From NCBI GenBank assembly GCA_041659285.1, contig JBAZYO010000018.1, positions 14,181 to 78,180 on the forward strand: a stretch of 64,000 nucleotides of DNA. Reading direction: 5' to 3'. Each line of letters begins with the position of its first letter. The stretch's first letter is position 1. Positions 39,329 through 52,098 of this stretch are shown here, piece by piece. Below the pieces are notes generated by a model, which worked only from the letters and a program-made list of their open reading frames with translations, searched no databases and was not told the origin of the DNA. Origin of the DNA: Vicinamibacterales bacterium (GTDB lineage: Bacteria > Acidobacteriota > Vicinamibacteria > Vicinamibacterales > UBA2999). The position numbers and the translations under genes were made by a program.

Positions 39329-39383
39329 AATCTGCGGCATTCTGCGGCTGTCGTTTTCCACGTCAATCTGCGCTAATCTGCGG
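39329..39383 (+). promoter_or_regulatory. Four direct 9-bp repeats AWTCTGCGS arranged as two 10-bp-phased pairs
   Basis: The repeats are aatctgcgg (39329), attctgcgg (39339), aatctgcgc (39365) and aatctgcgg (39375). The last one ends 3 nt before the AGGAGA SD of the gene starting at 39400. Confidence 0.5.
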
Positions 39384-39399
39384 CTCAGGAGATCGCCGC

Positions 39400-41058
39400 A
39401 TGAACCGCCGGGCTGTCCTCGTCCTGCTTGCCGTCCTCGCCCTCGCCCTCGCCGGCCCCGGCCTGCGTGCCCAGGAACTAGGCCGCATCGACTTCCCCAC
39501 GTCCGGATCGGCGGCCGCCCAGCCGGCCTTCATCAAGGGCGTGCTGCTGATGCACAGCTTCGAGTACGACGATGCGAAGGAGGCGTTTCTGGAGGCGCAG
39601 AAGGCCGACCCGGGCTTCGCCATGGCCTACTGGGGTGAGGCCATGACCTACAACCACCCGGTGTGGCAGCAGACGGCGGCAGAGCTGGCCCAGGCCGCGC
39701 TGGCGCGCCTCGCCCCGACCGCGGAAGCCCGCCTCGCGAAGGCGCCCACCGCCAAGGAGAAGGACTGGCTGGCCTCGCTCGACAGCCTGTACGGGGCCGG
39801 CGACGCTTCGACTTCGCTCAGCGCAGGCAAGCTGGCGCGCGACCGCGCCTACGCCGAGCACATGCGCCGCATGCACGACCGGTATCCGGCCGACGACGAG
39901 GTCACGGCGTTCTATGCGCTGGCGCTGCTCGGCACGAGCCATGGCGGCCGTGACTTCTCGACCTACATGAAGGCGGCGGCGCTGGTCGAGCAGGTCTACG
40001 CCAGGAACCCGCAGCACCCGGGCGCTGCCCACTACCTGATTCACGCCTACGACGATCCTGTCCACGCTCCGCTCGGCCTGCGCTTTGCCGATGCCTATTC
40101 GAAGATCGCGCCCGCCGCCTCGCACGCGCTGCACATGCCATCGCACATCTACTTCGCGCTCGGCATGTGGGACGAGGCTTCGGCGATCAACGAGCGCTCG
40201 ATGAAGGCCGCGGATGCGCGCCGGGCCGGGAAGCAGCTCGACGCTGACGCTCGCGGCTTCCACGCCATGCTCTGGCTGGTCTACGGCTACGCGCAGCAGG
40301 GCCGCTACGACGAGGCGCGCGGGCTCCTGGTGCAAATGGACGCGGACGCCGCGAAGAGCGGGTCGGTGCGCACGCGCAGTCACCTGGCGCTGGCCCGGGC
40401 GGCGTGGCTGATCGAATCACGCAAGTGGGGCGAGGCCAAGGCGCCGGTGTTGGCGAAGGGCCTCGGCGCGGAGGCGGCGATCGCCGACCTGTTCGCGATC
40501 GGGTTTGCGGCCATCCGCTCCGGCAACCGGGCGGCCGGCGGCAACGCGCTTCAGCAGATGGCCGCCCTGATGGAAGATGCGCCGGTGAACGGGGCGCCGG
40601 TCTCCGGGCAGCCCGCGGCCGGCCTGCCGGCCGCCGGTGGGGCACCTGACACGCGCGCCGCCCAGATCATGGCCCAGCAACTGGAGGCCGTCCTACTGTT
40701 CTCGGAGGGCCGCCGCGAAGAGGCGCTGGTGCTGGCCCGCCAGGCCGCGGTGGTGGAAGACGGGCTGTCGTTCGAGTTCGGCCCGCCGGTGCCCGTCAAA
40801 CCGGCCCAGGAACTGGTCGGCGAGATGCTGATGGACCTCCGGCGCCCCAAGGAGGCGATCCCCTCTTTCGAGGCGTCGCTGAAGCGGAATCCGCGGCGGG
40901 CCTTGTCGCTGCTGGGGTTGGGCCGCGCCTCGATGGGGGTCAAGGACACGGCCAGGGCGATGTACGCCTACGGCGAACTGCGGAAGATCTGGAAGAACGC
41001 CGACAAGGGCCTGCCGGAGCTCAAGGAGCTCGGGCTGGTGCCGCCACCCTCCTTCTGA
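39400..41058 (+). CDS. Secreted TPR-like helical repeat protein, unknown function
   Basis: Signal peptide ALAGPGLRA-QE. All-alpha, Ala-rich repeats. 552 aa with good coding bias. Confidence 0.75.
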   Translation: MNRRAVLVLLAVLALALAGPGLRAQELGRIDFPTSGSAAAQPAFIKGVLLMHSFEYDDAKEAFLEAQKADPGFAMAYWGEAMTYNHPVWQQTAAELAQAALARLAPTAEARLAKAPTAKEKDWLASLDSLYGAGDASTSLSAGKLARDRAYAEHMRRMHDRYPADDEVTAFYALALLGTSHGGRDFSTYMKAAALVEQVYARNPQHPGAAHYLIHAYDDPVHAPLGLRFADAYSKIAPAASHALHMPSHIYFALGMWDEASAINERSMKAADARRAGKQLDADARGFHAMLWLVYGYAQQGRYDEARGLLVQMDADAAKSGSVRTRSHLALARAAWLIESRKWGEAKAPVLAKGLGAEAAIADLFAIGFAAIRSGNRAAGGNALQQMAALMEDAPVNGAPVSGQPAAGLPAAGGAPDTRAAQIMAQQLEAVLLFSEGRREEALVLARQAAVVEDGLSFEFGPPVPVKPAQELVGEMLMDLRRPKEAIPSFEASLKRNPRRALSLLGLGRASMGVKDTARAMYAYGELRKIWKNADKGLPELKELGLVPPPSF

Positions 41059-41080
41059 GGGCGCCGGGTCGCAGCCGGTA

Positions 41081-41115
41081 CAAACGAAAGGCCGCCGGGA
41101 TTTCTCCCGGCGGCC
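41081..41115 (-). terminator. Rho-independent terminator (bidirectional context between convergent genes)
   Basis: 11-bp stem ggccgccggga / tcccggcggcc with a 4-nt loop. On the minus strand it is followed by TTTCGTTTG. Confidence 0.7.
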
Positions 41116-41142
41116 CGTGAACTGACTGGCGACGGCTGTTGG

Positions 41143-41619
41143 TTAGCCGCCGACCTTACCCGCACTGGCGGCAGCGCGGCGCATGCCTTCGGTGATGATG
41201 CCCACCTTTTCGACGCCCGCACCCTTGGCGGCGTCGATCACTTCGACGATGTCGCCATAGCGGAGGGTGCCGTCGCCGGCGATGAACAGGGTCTTGTCCT
41301 TGCGTTCCTCGTAGATCTTGCGAAGGCGGTCTTCGAGGTCGACGACCGAGACGTCGGACTTGTTGATCGAGATTTTCCTGTCCGCGGTGTACTCGATCAC
41401 GATCTGCGAGACGTCGACCTGGGTCTGTTCGGCGGTCTTGGTTTCCGCCGGCAGGTTGACGTCGAGGCCCTTCTGCGACAGCGGGAGGGCGGCCATGAAG
41501 ATGACCAGGAGCACGAGCAACACGTCGATCATCGGCGTGATGTTCATGTCCGAGCTGACTTCGAGCTTCTTGGCGGTAATGACCTTGTCGGCGCCGAGAT
41601 GGTGGTGTGCGTGGGCCAT
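41143..41619 (-). CDS. exbD: ExbD/TolR-family biopolymer transport protein (second copy)
   Basis: Has NITPMIDVLLVLLVIFM. The start ATG (MAHAHHH) is preceded by GGAGGG at 8 nt. The track start at 41634 would contain the SD. Confidence 0.85.
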   Translation of the reverse strand: MAHAHHHLGADKVITAKKLEVSSDMNITPMIDVLLVLLVIFMAALPLSQKGLDVNLPAETKTAEQTQVDVSQIVIEYTADRKISINKSDVSVVDLEDRLRKIYEERKDKTLFIAGDGTLRYGDIVEVIDAAKGAGVEKVGIITEGMRRAAASAGKVGG

Positions 41620-41620
41620 G

Positions 41621-42061
41621 TTAGTTCCCTCCACCCTGCAGAAGACCGCGCGTCTTGGGGTCGGTGATCAGCCCCATGTCCTCGATGCCGCTGGCCCGCA
41701 GTTCGTCCATGCAATCCATCACGGCGGAGTAGCGCGCGTCTTCATCGGCCTTGATGAGGATGATGCGCTCCTTCTTGTTTTCGAGGATTTCCTCGACCTT
41801 CTGCCGCAGCTCTTCCTTGCGCACCGGCAGGCCGTTGACGAAGTACCGATCGGCCTTGTCGATGGCGACGACCGTCTGGTCCTGCGTTTCCGGCTTGTCC
41901 GCGGTGTTCGCGGCGAGCGGCAGCTTCACGTCGGCGCCCTTCTGGAGCAGCGGGGCCACGATCATCATGATGATGAGCAGCACCAGCATGACGTCCACGA
42001 GCGGCGTGACGTTGATGTCCGATTTGATTCCACCTTTGGAACCGCCGACATCCATTGACAT
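41621..42061 (-). CDS. exbD: ExbD/TolR-family biopolymer transport protein
   Basis: Has NVTPLVDVMLVLLIIMM and a periplasmic domain. AAGGAG lies upstream of the start. Confidence 0.88.
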   Translation of the reverse strand: MSMDVGGSKGGIKSDINVTPLVDVMLVLLIIMMIVAPLLQKGADVKLPLAANTADKPETQDQTVVAIDKADRYFVNGLPVRKEELRQKVEEILENKKERIILIKADEDARYSAVMDCMDELRASGIEDMGLITDPKTRGLLQGGGN

Positions 42062-42203
42062 AACGAACTCCTTAAATTTCGGGATCTGGTGATTTGGCGA
42101 TTTCGCGATTGTCGATCACGAAATCTGAAGATCTGGCGGTCTGGCGATCCCGTGACCCAAATCACGAGAGCGCCAAATCGCCAGATCACCAAATCATCTT
42201 CAA
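42062..42203. repeat. 142-nt intercistronic element built from GATYTGGCGAT-like units with 24-nt terminal inverted repeats
   Basis: The arms at 42083-42106 and 42172-42195 are complementary at 21 of 24 positions. There is an inner hairpin cgtga-cccaaa-tcacg (42151-66). The element sits between exbB and exbD. Confidence 0.75.
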
Positions 42204-42977
42204 CTACGCCGTCTTCTTGATGAAGTAGTCGACCATCTCCGACGAGGAGTTGTCCATCTCCACGTTGAAGAACTCGAGCTTGCCGGACAGGTAGTTGTAG
42301 AACCACACCGCCGGGATGGCCACGAACAGGCCGAGCGCGGTTTCGACGAGCGCTTCCGCGATGCCGGCGGAGACGGCGCCGATGCCGCCCGAGCCCGACG
42401 ACGCGATGCCGACGAACGCGTTGATGACGCCGACCACCGTGCCGAGCAGACCGACGAACGGCGCGGTCGCGCCGATGGTCGCCAGGCCGGAGACGCCCTT
42501 CTTGAGGTCGTTCGAGGTCAGCGCGGTGGCGCGCTGAATCGAGCGGCGGACGGTGTCGAGCAGGTCTTCACGCGACAGGTTGGCGCCGCTCTCCTGCTGG
42601 AACTGGTATTCCTGCAGGCCGGCGAGCACGACCTTGGCGAGGTGGCTGTAGCGGTATTCCTTCGCCGACGACAGGGCGATGGCCTCCTTCAGCCGGCCTT
42701 CCTTGAGGTGCTTGGCGACGAGCGGGGCATACATCTTCGACTGCTTGGTCGCCTGGCTGAACGTATAGATACGCTCAATCGCGACGCCCACCGACCAGAA
42801 CGACATGATGAACAGGATGACGGCGACCGCGAGTGCCGCGGGGCCCATCTGGTTGAACATGTCGACGAGATCGAGGCCACCGCCGCCCTCCGTCTGCGCG
42901 AACGCAGGCGTGCTCATCAGGAGCATGGCGAAACCGGCACCAGCGATACGACCAAACTGAATCTTCCGACCTTCCAT
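42204..42977 (-). CDS. exbB: MotA/TolQ/ExbB proton-channel protein
   Basis: 257 aa with three TM segments and the conserved GLLGTVVGVI..F motif region. Confidence 0.9.
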   Translation of the reverse strand: MEGRKIQFGRIAGAGFAMLLMSTPAFAQTEGGGGLDLVDMFNQMGPAALAVAVILFIMSFWSVGVAIERIYTFSQATKQSKMYAPLVAKHLKEGRLKEAIALSSAKEYRYSHLAKVVLAGLQEYQFQQESGANLSREDLLDTVRRSIQRATALTSNDLKKGVSGLATIGATAPFVGLLGTVVGVINAFVGIASSGSGGIGAVSAGIAEALVETALGLFVAIPAVWFYNYLSGKLEFFNVEMDNSSSEMVDYFIKKTA

Positions 42978-43029
42978 CGCTATCCTCCAGAAAAAAACGG
43001 CTTACTACGTTTGAAGACCTATCTTGTAG

Positions 43030-43050
43030 GGCACCCTTTCAAAGGGTGCC
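43030..43050 (-). other. Perfect 9-bp hairpin abutting the tonB stop codon
   Basis: The sequence is ggcaccctt-tca-aagggtgcc, immediately 3' of the tonB stop (43051-53). The nearest U-tract is about 35 nt further on. Confidence 0.4.
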
Positions 43051-43764
43051 TTACTGCAGCGTGAACTGAACCGTCACCGTCATGATGACCGGCACCGGCA
43101 CGCCGTTGAGCAAGGTCGGTGTGAAAACCCACTGCCGCACCGCGTCGAGCGCCGCCTGATCCAGCAGAGGGATCGAGCGCAACACTTTGGCATCCTTCAC
43201 CGCGCCGTCGGGGCCGATGGTGGCCTCGATGATCACGATGCCCTGCACGCGCGCCGACTGCGCGATCGGCGGATACACGGGGCGCACGTCGCGAGTCTTC
43301 TGCGGCGGCTTGATGTTGCCGCCCACGCGCACCGGCGCGGCCGGGGGCGGCGGCGGGGGCGGGGGTTCGGGAATGCCGCCGGTGATGCCACCCGCGACGC
43401 CGCCGATAATGCCGCCTTCGACGCCTGACGAGCGCTCGAAGCCGGCTTCCAGCCCGGTCTCAGCCTTGATTTCTTTCGGCGCCTCGAGCGGAGCCGCGTC
43501 GGGGCTCACGTCCATGGGCGGTGGCGGCGCCTTCGCCTCGGGTGGAGGCGGGGGCGGCGGCGGGGGCGGCGGCGGCGGCGGTGCCGCCACGAACGCCATC
43601 ATCGACGGCGGCGTCGGCATCATGCCGGTCGCCATCAACGGTACGATTACCAAGGCCGCGACCACCGTCGCCTGGATCAACATCGTCAGTGGCACCGTGT
43701 ACCACATCTTGTTGCCCATCTTGATCGACGGATCGACGACATCACCAAACATGTCGCGTGGCAC
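43051..43764 (-). CDS. tonB: Energy transducer TonB
   Basis: N-terminal TM anchor, a poly-Pro spacer (14 consecutive Pro) and a C-terminal TonB domain (YPPIAQSARVQGIVIIEATIGPDGAV). AGGAGG lies 8 nt upstream of the start. Confidence 0.88.
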   Translation of the reverse strand: MPRDMFGDVVDPSIKMGNKMWYTVPLTMLIQATVVAALVIVPLMATGMMPTPPSMMAFVAAPPPPPPPPPPPPPPEAKAPPPPMDVSPDAAPLEAPKEIKAETGLEAGFERSSGVEGGIIGGVAGGITGGIPEPPPPPPPPAAPVRVGGNIKPPQKTRDVRPVYPPIAQSARVQGIVIIEATIGPDGAVKDAKVLRSIPLLDQAALDAVRQWVFTPTLLNGVPVPVIMTVTVQFTLQ

Positions 43765-43841
43765 TGTTCCTCCTGCTTTCAGGTGCTGGACACGCCCCGA
43801 TGGCCTGTCCCGGCACTAACCGCGGCGGTAAAAGACCGCCG

Positions 43842-43870
43842 ATTATCCCAACGCCGAAAACCGCTGTCAA
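43842..43870 (-). promoter_or_regulatory. Near-consensus sigma70 promoter TTGACA-N17-GATAAT for the tonB-exbBDD operon
   Basis: Read on the minus strand, the -35 is at 43870-43865 and the -10 at 43847-43842. About 75 nt upstream of the tonB ATG. Confidence 0.6.
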
Positions 43871-43939
43871 CGCCGGGTCCCGTCCGAGTTACGGGCCGCT
43901 GTCTTCAATTAGACACCGGTTCCCGCGATCGGCTCCCTG

Positions 43940-43996
43940 AAAAAACGCCGAGGGGCCAGACCCCTGCGGCACAAAACCAGTAGGGTCTGACCCCTC
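43940..43996 (-). terminator. REP-pair hairpin plus U-tract, likely terminator of hppA transcription
   Basis: On the minus strand gaggggtcagaccc pairs with ggggtctggcccctc (about 14 bp with one G-U). The loop is 16 nt and is followed by GGCGTTTTTT. Confidence 0.55.
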
Positions 43997-44098
43997 TCGT
44001 AATGCCCGGCGATTCTAGTCGTGCTTGAATCCCCGCGTCAACGGCTGGATCGGTAAAAACCCATGTAATTACCGCATGGTTACCAACTGTTACAAACC

Positions 44099-46565
<2,467 letters not shown>

Positions 46566-46588
<23 letters not shown>

Positions 46589-47186
46589 CGTGTCCTGTCC
46601 TCGTACTGATCTGCGGGGGCAGCGCCATGCCGCCCGTTAGGAAAATCCGCACGCCATCTTCAACCGACAAATCCGGAAATGACGCCTGGCTGCGGGGGTA
46701 GACCACCACGTCACCGAGATACAGGTGATTGGTCGGCACATACACCGCCACCATCGCTTCCGGCCCGTTCCCGCGATCCAGGGTGAACTCCCGCGTCAGG
46801 AACCCGAGCACCAGGCCCCGCCGCGAATCGTCCACGATCACCACCTTCTTGAAGCCCGTTTCACTGTCGGGCGAGAAGGCGGCCACCAGCTGCCTCACCG
46901 GCGCATACACGGTCTTGAACAGCGGCACGTTCAGCAGCCACTGTTCCCCGCGCCTCAGGATGCGCCGGCCCAACACGTTGGTAGCCAGCGCGCCAGCCAG
47001 CAGGATGACGGCGGCCGTGATCAACACGCCCAGCCCCGGCACCTCGCGGCCGATCAGGTTCGTCGACAGCGGCGTCGCCACCCCGTCGATGAAGCGGAAC
47101 AGCCAGACCAGCGTGACTACCGTGATGAACAACGGCACCGTCACCACCAGGCCGGTCAGGAAGCTCCGGCGCAGCCAGGGCATCAT
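46566..47186 (-). CDS. DUF502-family membrane protein
   Basis: N-terminus LTGLVVTVPLFITVVTLVWLF, then PGLGVLITAAVILLAG, with overall DUF502 architecture. Confidence 0.8.
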
Positions 47187-47189
47187 GGC

Positions 47190-48005
47190 TCAAGCCGCCC
47201 GCGACCACAGCCACGCGAACGTGACCGCCGCCAGCGCCAGCCGGTAGTAGGCAAAACCCGCCAGCGAGTGCCCCGCAAGATACCGCAGAAAGTACTTCAC
47301 CGTGACATAGCCGACGATCGCCGACACCACCAGGCCCACGGCCATCAACGTGTACGGCGCGCCCGCCATGCCGACGTCCGCCAGGGCGATGGTTTCCTTC
47401 ACCGCCACCGCGAACACCGCCGGCAGGCTCATCAGGAACACGAAACGGGCCGCCGATTCGCGCCGCAGCCCCAGGAACAGGCTGACAATCAGCGTCGAAC
47501 CCGAGCGCGACAGGCCCGGGGCCAGGGCGGCGGCCTGCGCCACGCCAATCGCCAGGGCCTCACCGAACCCGAGGGACCGCGCATCCCGGTCCTGGCGGCC
47601 GATGCGTTCCACCCACAGCAAGCCGATGCTGCCGATCACCAGGTTCACGGCCACTATCAACGGCGTCCGCACGCGCGCTTCGATCACATCACCCAACAGC
47701 CCGCCCACAATCACCACCGGTATCGTGCCCACGATGATCAGCCGGCCGAGCCGTTCCCATTCGCCGTCACGGCCGGTCAGCGCTCCCGGCGCGGCGGCGA
47801 TCAATTGCGCCACGTCAGCCCGGAAGTAGGCCACCACCGCGAGCAGCGTCCCGACGTGACAGGCCGCATCGAACGGAATCCCGAACCGGCCGGGATCCCA
47901 GCCGAAAAACGCCCGCGCCAGGATCAGGTGACCCGAACTGGAGACCGGCAGGAACTCGGTGAGTCCCTGGACAACGCCCAGCAGCACGGCGGAAAACAGA
48001 TCCAC
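47190..48005 (-). CDS. uppP: Undecaprenyl-diphosphate phosphatase
   Basis: Has the GLTEFLPVSSSGH motif and an 8-TM BacA-family layout. Confidence 0.93.
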   Translation of the reverse strand: MDLFSAVLLGVVQGLTEFLPVSSSGHLILARAFFGWDPGRFGIPFDAACHVGTLLAVVAYFRADVAQLIAAAPGALTGRDGEWERLGRLIIVGTIPVVIVGGLLGDVIEARVRTPLIVAVNLVIGSIGLLWVERIGRQDRDARSLGFGEALAIGVAQAAALAPGLSRSGSTLIVSLFLGLRRESAARFVFLMSLPAVFAVAVKETIALADVGMAGAPYTLMAVGLVVSAIVGYVTVKYFLRYLAGHSLAGFAYYRLALAAVTFAWLWSRAA

Positions 48006-48014
48006 GAAGTGGTG

Positions 48015-48950
48015 CTACGAGGCCTTGCGCGTGCCCTGCGTGCGGCCCTTGGCCTGCTTGCCGCCCAGGATGATCGCAATCGCCGAGGCGATGAAAATGG
48101 TTGAATACGTGCCGCTGACGATGCCCACGAGCATGGTGAAGGCGAAGCCTTCGAGCACCTCGCCGCCGAACAGGAACAGGGAGAGCACCGCGAGGAACGT
48201 GGTGCCGGCCGTGATCAGCGTGCGGCCCAGGGTCTGGTTGACGCTCAGGTTGACGACGCTCTCGAGCGAATCGCGGCGCTTGCTCTTCAGGTTCTCGCGG
48301 ACGCGGTCGAAGACGACAATCGTGTCGTTCACCGAATAACCGGTGATCGCCAGGATCGCCGCCACCACGTTGAGCGACAGGTCGTAGTTGAAGTAGAACA
48401 GGAACGCCAGCGTCACGAACACGTCGTGCAGCGTCGCCGCAATCGCGCCAATCGCAAACGCGAAGCGGAAGCGGAGCCCGATGTAGATGGTAATGCCGAG
48501 GATCGACGCCAGCGTGGCGTAGATGCCCTTGCGCTGCAGGTCGGCGCCGATCACGGGACCGACAATCTCCTGGCTGCGCACCTCGAACTTGCCGAGGTTG
48601 GCCTGGGTGATCGCGGCGACCACGGCCTTGGCGTTCTGCTCGAGCGCCGCGCCCTCTTCCGTGGTCAACTGCGGCAGGCGAACCAGGATCTCGTGATTCG
48701 CCTCATCGCCGTAACTCTGGATGACGTTCTCACCGGTCATCGTCGCGGCCAGCGCCGTGCGCACTTGATCCACCGACGTCGGCTGCTCGAACTTGACGAC
48801 GACGATGGTGCCGCCCGAGAAGTCGATGCCGAGCGGCACCCCCTTGGTGACGGCATAGCCGGCTCCGGCCAGGACGACGATCGCCGACAGCGCGAGCGCA
48901 TGCCAGCGCCACTTGATGAAATCGTAGGTAGCGTTATCGAAGATGGCCAT
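48015..48950 (-). CDS. secF: Protein translocase subunit SecF
   Basis: Has the GIDFSGGT motif and a six-TM SecF pattern. Follows secD. Confidence 0.94.
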   Translation of the reverse strand: MAIFDNATYDFIKWRWHALALSAIVVLAGAGYAVTKGVPLGIDFSGGTIVVVKFEQPTSVDQVRTALAATMTGENVIQSYGDEANHEILVRLPQLTTEEGAALEQNAKAVVAAITQANLGKFEVRSQEIVGPVIGADLQRKGIYATLASILGITIYIGLRFRFAFAIGAIAATLHDVFVTLAFLFYFNYDLSLNVVAAILAITGYSVNDTIVVFDRVRENLKSKRRDSLESVVNLSVNQTLGRTLITAGTTFLAVLSLFLFGGEVLEGFAFTMLVGIVSGTYSTIFIASAIAIILGGKQAKGRTQGTRKAS

Positions 48951-48954
48951 ATGA

Positions 48955-50511
48955 CTAAATCGAAAGCTTCGCGACCTGGCGCCGTGACAGGCCCAGCTCG
49001 AACAGGGTTCGCGAAACGAAGTATGCCGTGAACACGTTGGAGAGGAGGCCGATGGTCAGCGTCATCGCAAAACCACGGATAGGACCGGTACCGAACTGGA
49101 ACAGGAACGCCGCCGAAATCAGCGACGCCACGTGCGTGTCAAGAATGGTGAGCAGCACGCGATCGAAGCCCGCCGCCACCGCCTGCTTCACGCCCTTGCC
49201 GGCGCGGAGCTCTTCCTTGATGCGCTCGAAGATCAGGACGTTCGAGTCGACGCCCATGCCGATGGTGAGAATGAAGCCGGCAATGCCCGGCAGCGTCATC
49301 GTCGCGCCGACATACGCCATCAGGCCCAGCAGCAGGATCAGGTTGATGGCAATCGAGATCAACGCGTTGAAGCCCGCCAGCTTGTAATAGAACAGCATGA
49401 ACAGCGTGACCAGCAGCAGGCCGCCCAGCGCCGCGGTGACGCCGGCGCGAATCGAATCGGCGCCGAGCGACGGACCGACCGTGCGCTCTTCGAGGTAAGT
49501 CAGCGATGCCGGCAGCGCGCCCGAGCGCAACACCAGCGACAGGTCCTGCGATTCCTGGTTCGTGAAGTTGCCGGTAATACGGCCTTCATCGTCGATGCGC
49601 GACTGAATCTGCGGCGCCGACACCACGCGGCCGTCCATCACGATGGCCAGCTGCTTGCCGATGTTGGCCTGCGTGAACATGCCGAACTTGCGCGCGCCTT
49701 CGTTGTTGAGCGAGAAGCTCACCGCCGGCCGGTTGTTCTCGTCGAGCGTCGGCCGCGCGTTGCGCAGGTCGCGGCCGGTCACCGCTGGCACACGGCGGAC
49801 CGCGTAGTAGCCGGTGCTGGCCGGCTGGCCGGGAGCGCCCTCGATGGTGCCCGGCAGGACGTGGAGGTCGGGCGGCACGTTGCCCGAGTAGGCCGCGCGC
49901 GCGGAGGCCTCATCCGGGAACGGGCCCTGCTCCACCTGCTTGAGTTCCAGCAGGGCCGTGGAGCGGATGATTTCTTTCGCGCGATTCACGTCGGTGACGC
50001 CGGGCAGCTGCACCAGGATCTGGTCGGCCGCGCTGTGACGCGCCACGATCGGTTCGGCCACGCCCAACTCGTTGACGCGGCGCTCGATGGTCTGCAGCGC
50101 CTGGTTCACCGTGTCTTCGCGCAACTGGACGACGATGTTCGGCTTGAGCGTGAACGTGTAACCACCCGCGCCGGACGCGCGGTCGTAGTTCACTTCCACC
50201 TCGGTCAGCGCGGCACGGAACGCGCCGTCCTGCTCGGGCGTCACGCCGGTGACGGTGAACGACGTGGCGCCCGCCACCGCGACGCCGCCGACGGCGATGT
50301 TCGCGGTCTTGAGCTGCTCGGCGAGCCGATCCACGGTGGTCTGCGTCTCGAGCTTCAGCGCGTCGTCGGTCTGGACGCGCATCACGAGGTGGACGCCGCC
50401 CTTCAGGTCAAGTCCGAGCCTGACCTTCTGATCGAGCGGATAAAACGACCACACGGCCAGCGCCGTGACACCGAGGATGACGATGAGTTTCCAACGAAGG
50501 TTCTTCGACAT
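48955..50511 (-). CDS. secD: Protein translocase subunit SecD
   Basis: Has LGLDLKGGVHL, a large periplasmic domain and a C-terminal 5-TM bundle. Confidence 0.95.
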   Translation of the reverse strand: MSKNLRWKLIVILGVTALAVWSFYPLDQKVRLGLDLKGGVHLVMRVQTDDALKLETQTTVDRLAEQLKTANIAVGGVAVAGATSFTVTGVTPEQDGAFRAALTEVEVNYDRASGAGGYTFTLKPNIVVQLREDTVNQALQTIERRVNELGVAEPIVARHSAADQILVQLPGVTDVNRAKEIIRSTALLELKQVEQGPFPDEASARAAYSGNVPPDLHVLPGTIEGAPGQPASTGYYAVRRVPAVTGRDLRNARPTLDENNRPAVSFSLNNEGARKFGMFTQANIGKQLAIVMDGRVVSAPQIQSRIDDEGRITGNFTNQESQDLSLVLRSGALPASLTYLEERTVGPSLGADSIRAGVTAALGGLLLVTLFMLFYYKLAGFNALISIAINLILLLGLMAYVGATMTLPGIAGFILTIGMGVDSNVLIFERIKEELRAGKGVKQAVAAGFDRVLLTILDTHVASLISAAFLFQFGTGPIRGFAMTLTIGLLSNVFTAYFVSRTLFELGLSRRQVAKLSI

Positions 50512-50514
50512 GGC

Positions 50515-52052
<1,538 letters not shown>

Positions 52053-52098
52053 CTATTGCAGATTCTGCAAAAGATCCCCGACCCCTTATTATCACTGA

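Noticed and set aside
43500-43600. GGC/GGG-rich low-complexity DNA run.
   Set aside because: It is the coding sequence, on the opposite strand, of the poly-proline spacer of TonB. That spacer is a normal feature of the protein and not an independent repeat element.
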